From Acetobacteraceae bacterium (lineage in GTDB: Bacteria; Pseudomonadota; Alphaproteobacteria; Acetobacterales; Acetobacteraceae), in NCBI GenBank assembly GCA_009693865.1, contig SHWL01000007.1, positions 645 through 64,644 on the forward strand: a DNA stretch of 64,000 nt, read 5' to 3'. Both the position numbers and the translations under genes were made by a program. Position 1 is the stretch's first letter. Every line of letters starts with the position of its first letter. The notes beneath the pieces are model-generated. The model was not told where the DNA came from and ran no database searches. It saw only the letters and a list, made by a program, of their open reading frames with translations. Below, piece after piece: positions 49,199 to 59,099 of the stretch.

Positions 49199-51892
49199 AT
49201 GACATCCATCGGAACCGACACCCTCAAAACACGCGACACGCTGACGGTAGGTGGCAAGACCTACGACTACTTCTCCTTGCCCGCCGCCGCAAAATCCCTG
49301 GGCGATTTCTCCCGCCTGCCGGTCAGCCTGAAAGTGCTGCTGGAAAACGTCCTGCGGTTCGAGGACGGGCGCAGCTACACCGTCGATGACGCGAAATCGA
49401 TCGTGGGATGGTTGGAGAAAGCCAGCTCCACAAAGGAAGTTCCCTTCAAACCCGCGCGCATCCTGATGCAGGATTTCACCGGCGTCCCCGCGGTCGTCGA
49501 CCTCGCCGCCATGCGCGACGGCATCATCCGTCTCGGCGGCGATCCGGCCAAGGTGAACCCGTTGGTGCCGGTCGATCTGGTCATCGATCACTCGATCCAG
49601 ATCGACGTGTTCGCGACGGCCGACGCGGCCTCCAAAAACGAGGATCTGGAGTTCGAGCGTAACGGCGAACGTTATCGCTTCCTGCGCTGGGGCCAGGACG
49701 CCTTCGCCAACTTCCGCGTTGTCCCGCCCGGCACCGGCATCTGCCATCAGGTGAACCTGGAGTATCTGAGCCAGGTGGCCTGGACCAGCACCAACGGCGG
49801 CTCTACCTTCGTTTATCCCGACACGCTGTATGGCACCGACTCCCACACCACCATGGTCAACGGCCTGGGTGTCCTTGGCTGGGGCGTGGGCGGGATCGAG
49901 GCCGAGGCCGCGATGCTGGGACAGCCGATCGCCATGCTGATCCCGGATGTCATCGGCTTTCGCATGACGGGACGCCTGCCGGAAGGCGCGACCGCCACCG
50001 ACCTGGTGCTGACCGTCACGCAGATGCTGCGGCGCAAGGGCGTGGTCGGCAAGTTCGTGGAATTCTTTGGACCTGGACTGGAAAATCTGGCGCTGCCGGA
50101 TCGCGCGACCATCGGCAACATGGCGCCTGAATATGGCGCCACCTGCGGCTTCTTCCCGGTCGATAAGATCGCGCTGGATTATCTCCGCCTGAGTGGGCGT
50201 GACACCCATCGCATCGAGCTCGCCGAGGCCTATTTGAAAGCGCAGGGCATGTTCCTGGAGCCAGGGATGCCGGATCCGGTGTTCACGGATACCCTGGATC
50301 TGGACCTCGGCACGGTACAGCCGTCGCTTGCGGGCCCGAAACGGCCGCAGGACCGGGTGCTGCTGAAGGACATAGCATCATCGTTCAAGGGCGAGCTGAC
50401 CAAAGGTCTGGGCGTGCCCGCCAACGAAGCCGGAGTATCGGTGAAAGTGGCAGGCAAGAACTACGAAATTACCCACGGCGACGTGGTGATCGCGGCGATC
50501 ACGTCATGCACCAATACGTCGAACCCGTCAGTGCTGGTGGCCGCCGGCCTGGTCGCGCGGAAGGCACGGGCGAAGGGGTTGAAGCCGAAGCCCTGGGTCA
50601 AGACCTCGCTGGCGCCCGGATCGCAGGTGGTCACGGACTATCTGGACAAGGCCGGATTGACCGAGGATTTGGACGCGATTGGCTTCAACCTCGTCGGGTA
50701 TGGCTGCACGACCTGCATCGGCAACTCCGGCCCGCTGGACGATGCCATCGTGGACGCGATCGAGGATAACCGTCTGGTTGGCGCCGCGGTGATCTCCGGC
50801 AACCGCAATTTCGAGGGACGGGTGCATGCGAATGTGCGAGCGAATTACCTCGCGTCGCCGCCGTTGGTCGTTGCGTACGCGCTGTTGGGCAAGGTGACGC
50901 AGGACATCACGACGGAGCCTTTGGGGATCGGCAACGATGGGCAACCGGTGTATTTGCGCGATGTCTGGCCGACAAACAAGGAAATCGCCGATGTGGTCGC
51001 GTCCAGTCTGTCGCGGGATCAGTTCCTGAAGCGGTATGGCGAGGTCAGCAAAGGGCCAAAGCAGTGGCAGGCGATTCAGACCGATCGCGACAGCGCCACG
51101 TATCGCTGGGTCGATGGCTCCACTTACGTCAAGAACCCGCCCTATTTCGACGGCATGACGATGGAGCCCACGCCGATCTCCGATGTCCGGGGCGCGCGGG
51201 TGCTGGCGTGTTTGGGTGATTCGATCACCACCGATCACATCAGCCCGGCGGGATCGATCCGGAAAGTCTCGCCGGCGGGCGACTATCTGGGCGAGCGGCA
51301 GGTGCAGCAGAAGGATTTCAACAGTTACGGCGCGCGGCGCGGTAACCATGAGATCATGATGCGTGGCACATTCGCGAATATTCGTATCCGGAACGAAATG
51401 CTGCAAAATGTCGAAGGCGGCATGACGCGGCACGTGCCCTCGGGCGATCAGATGCCGATCTTCGATGCCGCCATGCGATACAAGGCTGAGGGCGTGCCGC
51501 TGGTCATCTTCGGCGGCAAGGAATACGGCACCGGATCGTCGCGCGATTGGGCCGCCAAGGGGACGTTCCTGCTGGGGGTCAAGGCGGTGATTGTCGAGAG
51601 TTTCGAACGCATCCATCGTTCGAATCTGGTCGGCATGGGTGTGCTACCTTTGACGTTCAAGGATGGCATGGACCGGACGAAGTTAAATCTTTCCGGGGAG
51701 GAAGCGATTGACATCCTGGGTCTGGATAAGCTGTCGCCGCGAATGGAACTGGCATTGCATATCCATCGCGTGAACGGCACGACGGATACCGTGCCGGTGA
51801 CGTGCCGGATCGATACGGTGGATGAGGTCGGCTATTACCAGCACGGCGGGATTTTGCAGTACGTGCTGCGGCAGATGGCGAAGGCGGCTTAA
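49199..51892 (+). CDS. acnA: Aconitate hydratase A
   Basis: [50 protein letters not shown]. Confidence 0.98.
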   Translation: MTSIGTDTLKTRDTLTVGGKTYDYFSLPAAAKSLGDFSRLPVSLKVLLENVLRFEDGRSYTVDDAKSIVGWLEKASSTKEVPFKPARILMQDFTGVPAVVDLAAMRDGIIRLGGDPAKVNPLVPVDLVIDHSIQIDVFATADAASKNEDLEFERNGERYRFLRWGQDAFANFRVVPPGTGICHQVNLEYLSQVAWTSTNGGSTFVYPDTLYGTDSHTTMVNGLGVLGWGVGGIEAEAAMLGQPIAMLIPDVIGFRMTGRLPEGATATDLVLTVTQMLRRKGVVGKFVEFFGPGLENLALPDRATIGNMAPEYGATCGFFPVDKIALDYLRLSGRDTHRIELAEAYLKAQGMFLEPGMPDPVFTDTLDLDLGTVQPSLAGPKRPQDRVLLKDIASSFKGELTKGLGVPANEAGVSVKVAGKNYEITHGDVVIAAITSCTNTSNPSVLVAAGLVARKARAKGLKPKPWVKTSLAPGSQVVTDYLDKAGLTEDLDAIGFNLVGYGCTTCIGNSGPLDDAIVDAIEDNRLVGAAVISGNRNFEGRVHANVRANYLASPPLVVAYALLGKVTQDITTEPLGIGNDGQPVYLRDVWPTNKEIADVVASSLSRDQFLKRYGEVSKGPKQWQAIQTDRDSATYRWVDGSTYVKNPPYFDGMTMEPTPISDVRGARVLACLGDSITTDHISPAGSIRKVSPAGDYLGERQVQQKDFNSYGARRGNHEIMMRGTFANIRIRNEMLQNVEGGMTRHVPSGDQMPIFDAAMRYKAEGVPLVIFGGKEYGTGSSRDWAAKGTFLLGVKAVIVESFERIHRSNLVGMGVLPLTFKDGMDRTKLNLSGEEAIDILGLDKLSPRMELALHIHRVNGTTDTVPVTCRIDTVDEVGYYQHGGILQYVLRQMAKAA

Positions 51893-51931
51893 CGCGTTTT
51901 GCCGACAGGTTGCATCGGATCGCCGCCCCTC

Positions 51932-52270
51932 CCGTCATGGCTCGGCTTGACCGCATGGGCATCAGGATAACGGAGAACCGGAGACGGATATTCTCTTTTC
52001 GCCGTCATGGCCCGGCTCGTCCGGGTCACCCGTTGTGGCACTGCGCTGAAATGGGTGGCCCGGACGAGCCGCATAGGCATCAGGATAAGTGCCGGCTTGA
52101 GACGGATATTCTCTTTTCACCGTCATGGCCCGGCTCGTCCGGGTCACCCGTTGTGGCACCGTGCTGAAATGGGTGACCCGGACGAGCCGGGCCATGACGG
52201 TTTTGGGAGAAAATCTCCCACGCCCTGGGCCTTATCCTGATGTCGATGCGGTCAAGCCGAACCATGACGG
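51932..52270. mobile_element. Nested REP/MITE family B array: complete 177-bp copy (52072-52248) plus truncated copy (51954-52071) inside a split REP pair
   Basis: Ends CAT(G/A)GGCATCAGGATAA ... TTATCCTGATGTCGATG; internal REPIN; flanks CCGTCATGGCTCGGCTTGACCG / CGGTCAAGCCGAACCATGACGG. Confidence 0.8.
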
Positions 52271-52365
52271 GAAGGGCGTCGGGAAACCGCCCTCGATCTA
52301 TACGACGGGATCGGCTTGCCGCAGGATAGGGCATCAACGCCTCGTCATGCGCACGGAGTCAAACA

Positions 52366-53547
52366 ATGGCCAATCTCCCGCTGAACGGTCTGAAGGTTCT
52401 CGACCTCACCGCCCACCGCGCCGGCCCCACGGCGGTCCGGCAATTGGCGGATTGGGGCGCCGACGTGATCAAGATCGAACCGCCGGGGGAGGCGAAGGGC
52501 GACGTGGTCGGCGGCAATCGCCACGGCTTCGATTTCCAGAATCTGCACCGTAACAAACGCGGCATGACGTTGAACCTGAAGACGCCGGAAGCGCACGCTA
52601 TTTTCATGATGCTGGCGGCGAAGGCCGATGTCGTGGTGGAGAACTACCGCTCCGACGTGAAATACCGGCTGAAGGTCGATTACGACACCATCGCCGCGGT
52701 CAATCCGCGCATCGTGTATGGCTCCATCTCGGGGTTTGGCCAGAGTGGGCCGGACGCCACGCGGCCCGGCGTGGATCAGATCGCCCAGGGAATGGGGGGA
52801 CTGATGTCGATAACGGGATTGGCGGGGCAGGGACCGGTTCGGGTTGGCATTCCGATCGCCGATCTGACCTCGGGCATCTTTCTGTCGCAGGCCATCCTGC
52901 TGGCGCTGATGCAGCGCGCGCAAACCGGCAAGGGGCAATGGGTGCATACTTCGTTGCTGGAGGCGCAGATTTTCATGCTGGACTTCCAGGCCTCGCGCTG
53001 GCTGATCGCGCATGAGGTTCCAGGACAGGCGGGCAACGATCATCCAACCGGCATTCCCACGGGCGTGTTTCCGACCGAGGACGGACACATCAACATTGCC
53101 GCCGCGGGCCAGGGCCTATGGGAGCGGTTCTGCAAGGCGATCGGATGGGAGCAGGCGCTGTCCGACCCGGACTATGCCAACGGCGGCCTCCGTTCGAAAA
53201 ACCGTAAGGTTCTGAACGAGAAAATCGGGGAGATCACCCGGACCAAGCCCAGTGCGTATTGGTTGGAGACGATCAACAAAGCGGGCGTTCCGTGCGGACC
53301 GATCAACGACATCGCGGGCGTTTTCGCGGAGCCGCAAACTCAGCATCTGGGGATCGCTCGGGCGGTGCATCATCCGGTGCTGGGGGATATTCGGGTCGTT
53401 GGGCAACCGATCAATTTAAGCGACAATCCGCAACCGGAGGCTTTGCGGCCGACCCCGGATCTGGGGCAGCACACGAACGGTATACTGGCGGAACTGGGGT
53501 ACAGCGCCGCCGATATCGCGGATCTGAGAGCGCGAGGGATCATTTAG
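52366..53547 (+). CDS. Class III CoA-transferase (CaiB/BaiF), close paralog of 44249-45466
   Basis: Shares long identical peptides with 44249-45466, e.g. RHGFDFQNLHRNKR, SLLEAQIFMLDFQ, GQAGNDHPTGIPTGVFPT. Confidence 0.92.
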   Translation: MANLPLNGLKVLDLTAHRAGPTAVRQLADWGADVIKIEPPGEAKGDVVGGNRHGFDFQNLHRNKRGMTLNLKTPEAHAIFMMLAAKADVVVENYRSDVKYRLKVDYDTIAAVNPRIVYGSISGFGQSGPDATRPGVDQIAQGMGGLMSITGLAGQGPVRVGIPIADLTSGIFLSQAILLALMQRAQTGKGQWVHTSLLEAQIFMLDFQASRWLIAHEVPGQAGNDHPTGIPTGVFPTEDGHINIAAAGQGLWERFCKAIGWEQALSDPDYANGGLRSKNRKVLNEKIGEITRTKPSAYWLETINKAGVPCGPINDIAGVFAEPQTQHLGIARAVHHPVLGDIRVVGQPINLSDNPQPEALRPTPDLGQHTNGILAELGYSAADIADLRARGII

Positions 53548-53645
53548 ATCGCTGGGGAATATCGCGTCGCGACGCGAGCGTAAGCGGCTGACCTGGACTC
53601 CCATGGGCGCCCTGCCTTAGGATTGGTCAACCCGGAGACCAGATC

Positions 53646-54500
53646 ATGTCCGCCAGTCTCTCACCTCAACAGGTCGCGCAATATCGGCGTGACGGGTGCC
53701 TGTTTCCGATCGACTGTCTGACGCCCGGAGAAGTGCGTCATTACCGCGGCCGGTTGGAGAAATTCGAGCGCGAGCAAGGTGCTACTCTCGGCGAGCTGCC
53801 CAATCTGGCAAGGTCGAAATCGCATCTCCTGTTCACCTGGATGGATGAGCTGGTGCGCCACGAGAAAGTATTGGACGCGGTCGAAAGCCTCATCGGGCCA
53901 AATATCCTGATTTATCATCTGACGTCGTGGCTCAAGGAGCCGAACCAGCCCTCGCATGTGTCCTGGCATCAGGATGGCACGTATTTCGGCCTGGAGCCGT
54001 ATGAGCAGATCACCGCCTGGATCGCGTTGACGGATGCGACGCCGGAGATGGGGTGCCTCAAGATCATTCCCGGCAGTCAGGTTATCGGGCAACGTCCTCA
54101 CAAGGATACCGCGATACCTGGCAATCTGTTATCGCGCGGTCAGACGATCGACCATCCGCTTGATTACACTAAATACGTGACGATGCCGCTGAAATCTGGG
54201 CAGATCTCATTGCACCACACGCATATCGTGCATTCTTCGGATCCGAACCGGACGAACGAGCGGCGGATCGGCATCGGCGTCAGCTATATTCCAACGCATT
54301 GCCGGCTTGTGAACGATGCGCGGGTCAGCGCGGCGCTGGTGCGGGGACGGGACGATTACGGGCATTTTGAGCCGGAACCTCGGCCGGTGGAGGATTTCGA
54401 CGCGGAAGCACGGGCGGCACATGCGATGGCGGTGGATCGGTTTTTTGAGTCCAACAAGCTTTTGGCGGCACGGCGGAAATCGGGAAATGTCGGGATATGA
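53646..54500 (+). CDS. Phytanoyl-CoA dioxygenase (PhyH) family Fe(II)/2OG oxygenase
   Basis: WHQDGTY, TAWIAL, IPGS, HSSDPN..RRIG. Confidence 0.9.
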   Translation: MSASLSPQQVAQYRRDGCLFPIDCLTPGEVRHYRGRLEKFEREQGATLGELPNLARSKSHLLFTWMDELVRHEKVLDAVESLIGPNILIYHLTSWLKEPNQPSHVSWHQDGTYFGLEPYEQITAWIALTDATPEMGCLKIIPGSQVIGQRPHKDTAIPGNLLSRGQTIDHPLDYTKYVTMPLKSGQISLHHTHIVHSSDPNRTNERRIGIGVSYIPTHCRLVNDARVSAALVRGRDDYGHFEPEPRPVEDFDAEARAAHAMAVDRFFESNKLLAARRKSGNVGI

Positions 54501-54533
54501 TCGGCGGCCGGAACGCCGGACTTTCGCGTATTG

Positions 54534-54612
54534 CGTTGCGGCCCGGCCAGATCGGGTTATCTGGTTGAGCGCAGTGCCGCTGCCGGTGGCCCGAACGAGT
54601 AGGGCCATGACG
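54534..54612. repeat. Degenerate REPIN-like doublet
   Basis: Right arm GGTGGCCCGAACGAGTAGGGCCATGACG; spacer GCGCAGTGCCGC is the reverse of the conserved GCGGCACnGTGC. Confidence 0.65.
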
Positions 54613-54625
54613 AGGAGAGGCCGTA

Positions 54626-54770
54626 CCTCAACGGACGCACGAAGGATGGGTCGCGCCTCATAGGACGTACGGGGCGGGGTCGCACCCCGGCAGACACACC
54701 AGGGAGAAGCCGCGCATCAGCCGACGTACGTGGCGGGGTCTCGGCCTCAACGAACGTACGGACGCACCGC
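54626..54770. repeat. Degenerate ~30-bp tandem repeat (about 5 units)
   Basis: Units at 54626, 54656, 54685, 54715, 54745; GACGTACG(G/T)GGCGGGGTC occurs twice. Confidence 0.5.
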
Positions 54771-55265
54771 GTCAAGCAATCGCACCGTCGGGGCGAGGCG
54801 CGGTCCCTCGCCGTCATCCGCGGGCGGCACCACGATCACACCCCACTCCGGCAGCGTGCGTAACGATGCTCGCGCCATCGGGTGATCCAGCAATGGCTGG
54901 TTCAATGACGGGGCCACGATCACCGGTGTGCCCCGGCCGATCGCCTCGGCCGCTACCGACAACGCGAGACTATCGGCGATACCATGTGCGAGCTTGTTCA
55001 GTGAATTGAAGCTGCACGGCGCGAACAACACCACGCCGCGCGGCGGTCGCGGCCGGATGGCCAGATCGAAATAGGACTGAACCACCTGGATTCCCTCGAC
55101 ATCGGCCAGATCGCGCCCGGAAATCGTGCGCGATGCGTTCGGCGTCGGCAGCGCGATGACGGTTGAAAAACCCAGCCCGACCAGGCCACGCAGAATCTCC
55201 GGACAGCGCGCCGCGGTCGTAGTGCCACTCAGAATCAAATAAGCGATGTCGAAACGTTCCGTCAT
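54747..55265 (-). CDS. Stand-alone HFCD-family flavoprotein (CoaC/AfpA-like fold)
   Basis: APCSFNSLNKLAHGIADSLA, PVIVAPSLN; ATGA overlap with recX. Confidence 0.8.
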   Translation of the reverse strand: MTERFDIAYLILSGTTTAARCPEILRGLVGLGFSTVIALPTPNASRTISGRDLADVEGIQVVQSYFDLAIRPRPPRGVVLFAPCSFNSLNKLAHGIADSLALSVAAEAIGRGTPVIVAPSLNQPLLDHPMARASLRTLPEWGVIVVPPADDGEGPRLAPTVRLLDAVRPYVR

Positions 55266-55894
55266 GTTCTGGCCTCCCTGATCGCCGCCTCGGCGTGTTC
55301 CAGCTCCATTTCCAGCGCGCGCAATGCCACGTCCCGCGGAAAGCCCGCCCGCGCCAGCACGCCGAGTTCCTTGTTCCGGTCCCCTTCGGCTTCCATCCGG
55401 AACGGGCCAAGGCGCCGCTTGCGGGTCAGGATCAGGGCGGAGACCAGTTCGCCGCCCTCGTCTTCCGCCAATGCCGACCGGGCCTGCTCCGAGCCGATCC
55501 CCTTGGCCATCAACCGCGCGGTGATCGCCCGCCGCGATCGCCCCGTCAGCGCCAGACCCTGGGCCCGGCTTTCCGCGAAGGCGGCATCGTTGAGCAGTCC
55601 CAACTCAACCATGCGGGCGACAATCGCGGGGACCATGGCCCTGGCGACGGCCGCGCGATCGGACGCGGTGTCCCGGCTGGCGTTGTCCCGGTTGGCGTTG
55701 TCCCGGTTGGCGTTGTCCATGCCGGCGGCCTGCCGCGCCCACCGGTCGATGCGCCGGAACAACACAAGTTTCAAACCGGTTTCAGTCGCCGCATAACGTG
55801 CCACGTAGGACGTCGCCGCCTCACGCAGCGACGCTTCGTCCGGCGGCGGCCTGGAGGACACATCTCGCGAAGAACGCGTGCGCCGATTGAACAT
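55262..55894 (-). CDS. recX: Regulatory protein RecX
   Basis: YVARYAAT, GLLNDAAFA, GRSRRAITARLMAKG, RKRRLGPF, LARAGF. Confidence 0.85.
   Translation of the reverse strand: MFNRRTRSSRDVSSRPPPDEASLREAATSYVARYAATETGLKLVLFRRIDRWARQAAGMDNANRDNANRDNASRDTASDRAAVARAMVPAIVARMVELGLLNDAAFAESRAQGLALTGRSRRAITARLMAKGIGSEQARSALAEDEGGELVSALILTRKRRLGPFRMEAEGDRNKELGVLARAGFPRDVALRALEMELEHAEAAIREART
55669..55718 (-). repeat. 15-bp in-frame tandem repeat in recX (DNANR)
   Basis: TGTCCCGG(C/T)TGGCGT x3 plus a partial unit. Confidence 0.85.
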
Positions 55895-55952
55895 CCCCCA
55901 CGATGCCACGCCCGCCCTCCCGGGCAAACCCATCCCCGGCAAACCAAGATGT

Positions 55953-56038
55953 TTGACATTGCCACGTCAGGTGGCGAAAGATGGCCGCTTCCGTGGAGCC
56001 CGCCCCGAATGGTCGCGGGTGGGCGATCCATTGGAAGC
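55953..56038 (+). promoter_or_regulatory. Putative argD promoter and structured leader
   Basis: TTGACA-N18-AAAGAT followed by a long stem-loop at 55987-56038. Confidence 0.45.
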
Positions 56039-56061
56039 AACGCAACCATGGTCAAAATCTC

Positions 56062-57258
56062 ATGATACCGGCTCTGCTACCGAACTACGCTCGTGCCGAC
56101 CTCGCTTTTGAGCGGGGCGAAGGCGCCTGGCTGTGGACGGTGGACGGCCGACGATTCCTGGATTTCGGGTCGGGCATCGCCACGGCCTCGTTGGGACATG
56201 GGCATCCGCATCTGGCCAAGGCCATCGCCGAGCAGGCCGCCAAAGTGATGCATGTCTCCAATCTGTATCGCATTCCGCAAGCGGAACGGCTGGCCGAGCG
56301 GCTGGTCGCGGCGACCTTCGCCGACAGCGTGTTCTTCTGCAACTCGGGCGCCGAGGCGAACGAGGGCATGATCAAGATGATGCGCCGCGCGATGTACGAC
56401 GCCGGTAAGCCGGAACGCTTCCGGTTCATCTGCTTCGAGGGCGCGTTCCACGGCCGCACCCTGGCCACACTCGCCGCCACTGGCAACGAGCATTATTTGC
56501 ATGGGTTCGGCCCCGTGGTGGAAGGTTTCGATCACGTTCCGTTTGGCAACATGAACGCCGTGCGCGACAAGATCGGGCCGAACACCTGCGGCATTATCGT
56601 TGAGCCGATCCAGGGCGAGGGCGGCGTGCGTCCGGCCGATCCGCGATTCCTGCAAGACCTGCGCGCGGCCTGCGACGAGCACGGCATCATCCTCGGCATG
56701 GACGAAGTGCAGTCCGGCATGGGGCGAACGGGAAAACTGTTCGCGCATGAGTGGGCGGGCATCGTGCCCGACGTGATGTCCTCGGCGAAAGGGATCGGCG
56801 GCGGCTTCCCGTTGGGTGCCGTTCTGGCCAAGGAACAATTCGCCAAGGCGCTCATTCCCGGCACGCATGGCACGACATATGGCGGCAATCCGCTGGCCTG
56901 CGCGGCAGGCAACGCCGTGCTGGACGTGATCCTCGCCCCCGGCTTCCTCGCCGAGGTCGATCGTAAAGGCCGAGCCCTGGGTGCCGAGTTGACCAAGATC
57001 GCGGTCGAGTTCCCCACGGTATTCGTCGACGCGCGCGGTCAGGGCCTGTTGCGCGGGCTGAAATGCGCGATGCCGCAAGGCGACGTGCAGCGCGCATGCG
57101 TGGCCGAGGGACTGATGGCGATCACCGCGGGCGAAAACGTGCTGCGTCTGGCGCCACCGTTGGTCGTTACCGACGACGATCTCGGTCAGGCGGTCGCGAT
57201 GGTTCGCCGCGCGGCGGCGAATTGTGCCGCGAACGCCACCAAGGCCGCCGCGCAGTGA
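56062..57258 (+). CDS. argD: Acetylornithine aminotransferase
   Basis: [51 protein letters not shown]; upstream of argF. Confidence 0.95.
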   Translation: MIPALLPNYARADLAFERGEGAWLWTVDGRRFLDFGSGIATASLGHGHPHLAKAIAEQAAKVMHVSNLYRIPQAERLAERLVAATFADSVFFCNSGAEANEGMIKMMRRAMYDAGKPERFRFICFEGAFHGRTLATLAATGNEHYLHGFGPVVEGFDHVPFGNMNAVRDKIGPNTCGIIVEPIQGEGGVRPADPRFLQDLRAACDEHGIILGMDEVQSGMGRTGKLFAHEWAGIVPDVMSSAKGIGGGFPLGAVLAKEQFAKALIPGTHGTTYGGNPLACAAGNAVLDVILAPGFLAEVDRKGRALGAELTKIAVEFPTVFVDARGQGLLRGLKCAMPQGDVQRACVAEGLMAITAGENVLRLAPPLVVTDDDLGQAVAMVRRAAANCAANATKAAAQ

Positions 57259-58223
57259 GTTCGGCGCTGCGCCGCCTACCCGGTTCCGCGGGCCGGTCCC
57301 CTTCCGAGGGGGCCGGTCCACGGCACTTCCTGGATCTTCGAGATTTCGATCCCGCGACGTTACGGCAAATGCTGGACGTCGCGGCGCACTACAAAAAGGC
57401 CCGCGGCGTGCCGTCACGGCCACTGACCGGCAAGACGCTGGCGTTGATTTTTGAAAAACCATCTACCCGGACTCGCGTTTCGTTCGAGGTCGGGATGCGT
57501 CAACTGGGCGGCGACGTGATCAACCTCACCGCCAAGGACATGCAGATTGGCCGCGGGGAAAGTATCGCCGACACAGCGAAGGTGCTGTCGCGCTATGTCG
57601 ATGCGATCATGCTGCGCACCGATGCAACGTCGAAACTGCGAGACCTCGCGGACCATGCGACCGTGCCCGTGATCAACGGTCTGACGGACACGTCGCATCC
57701 CTGTCAGCTTATGGCGGATGTCCTGACATTCGAGGAGCATCGTGGCCCGATCGCCGGCCAGGTCGTGGCCTGGTGCGGCGACGGCAACAACGTCGCCCGC
57801 AGTTGGATCGAGGCGGCGGTGCGGTTTGGTTTCACGTTGCGCCTCGCGACACCTGACGGACTGCGTCCGCCTCAGGACCTGATCGATTGGGCTCGTGCTC
57901 AGGGTGGATCGATTGAGTTGACGGACGATCCCGTGGCGGCGGTGAAGAACGCGCGCTGCGTGGTAACGGATACGTGGGTGTCGATGGCCGATGATCCGAA
58001 CACCAACCGGCACAACATGCTGGCACCGTATCAGGTTACCGGCGCGTTGATGGCGAAGGCGGCCAAGGACGCGATTTTCATGCACTGTCTGCCGGCCCAT
58101 CGCGGGGAGGAAGTGACGGAAGACGTGATCGACGGACCGCAATCCGTGGTGTTCGATGAGGCCGAGAACCGGTTGCATGCGCAAAAGGGCGTGCTGGCCT
58201 GGGTTTTGGGGGTGGCGCGGTAG
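57255..58223 (+). CDS. argF: Ornithine carbamoyltransferase
   Basis: [32 protein letters not shown]. Confidence 0.97.
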   Translation: MSSALRRLPGSAGRSPSEGAGPRHFLDLRDFDPATLRQMLDVAAHYKKARGVPSRPLTGKTLALIFEKPSTRTRVSFEVGMRQLGGDVINLTAKDMQIGRGESIADTAKVLSRYVDAIMLRTDATSKLRDLADHATVPVINGLTDTSHPCQLMADVLTFEEHRGPIAGQVVAWCGDGNNVARSWIEAAVRFGFTLRLATPDGLRPPQDLIDWARAQGGSIELTDDPVAAVKNARCVVTDTWVSMADDPNTNRHNMLAPYQVTGALMAKAAKDAIFMHCLPAHRGEEVTEDVIDGPQSVVFDEAENRLHAQKGVLAWVLGVAR

Positions 58224-58224
58224 C

Positions 58225-58890
58225 ATGGCGCGGGTCGGGCGCCAGCGCGCCAATCTGATCCGCGCGGCGACCGCCTTGCTGATCGCTGTCGTCGCCGTTC
58301 GCGTGACGCTCCTGAGCCCAGCGCCGGCCTGGGCAGATGACGAGGCCGAGAAGACAGTGCGCAAGATCATGCAGTCCGGCGACGGCAAATCGGCCGCGAC
58401 CGCATATCGCGCCCCGCGTATCCTGTGGGAATACGAGGTACTGATAAAGCGTGGCCTTCGGTTCCAGCGGCAACGGACCGCCGGCGCTTCGGACGTGATC
58501 ACGGCGTTCGATACCGAAACGAAATCCGCCACTGAAGTATGGTTTCGTGTTGTCCCGGACCCGGAGGTGGAGGCGACCGCGCAGCAGAAGTTCGACGCGG
58601 ACGCGGAGGACGCCATTCGGAATATCATGCGGTCGGGCGACGGCCTGTCACCGGAAACGGCATTCGTGGTGGGCGCGCAAATCCCGATGGAGTATCGCAT
58701 CCTTCGCTACATGGGCCTGAAGCCCCAGTTGCAAGGGCTCGTAATGAACGGCGGATGCGGCTTCGACGTTCTGACGGCGATCGTGCCTGATTCGCAAACA
58801 CAGACCCAGGTCTATTTTAATATCGGCGACGGACCCATGCGGTACAATACGCATTGCACCGTCAATACAAAGAGCCGCGAACCGAAATGA
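58225..58890 (+). CDS. Exported protein with two tandem SGDG-S-TA-EY modules (DUF4919-like)
   Basis: Signal peptide AWA|D; IMQSGDGKSAATAY..EYEVL and IMRSGDGLSPETAF..EYRIL. Confidence 0.65.
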   Translation: MARVGRQRANLIRAATALLIAVVAVRVTLLSPAPAWADDEAEKTVRKIMQSGDGKSAATAYRAPRILWEYEVLIKRGLRFQRQRTAGASDVITAFDTETKSATEVWFRVVPDPEVEATAQQKFDADAEDAIRNIMRSGDGLSPETAFVVGAQIPMEYRILRYMGLKPQLQGLVMNGGCGFDVLTAIVPDSQTQTQVYFNIGDGPMRYNTHCTVNTKSREPK

Positions 58891-59099
58891 CCGTGCGCGA
58901 AGCACGATCGCTCGTGCTGGTAAAATGGAAATCCCGGCCGATTGAATGAATGTGGTGGCGCTTCATGGGTCCGCGCAATTCGTGACCTGCCCGCTCGGGC
59001 GAATGGCCCAAACGGCTCAGCCTCGCCTGACTTTCTTGGCCCTGTTCCCGGCCCCAGCGGTCATGCGACACTCCTCGATCCAACAGCCAAGGTCCGATC

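Noticed and set aside
47822-50209. 795-aa ORF
   Set aside because: ccmB plus off-frame ccmA and antisense acnA; an artefact of stop-poor high-GC DNA
51932-52270. Possible CRISPR array
   Set aside because: Units are ~118 bp, palindromic and nearly identical throughout, with no unique spacers and no cas genes; explained by REP/MITE nesting
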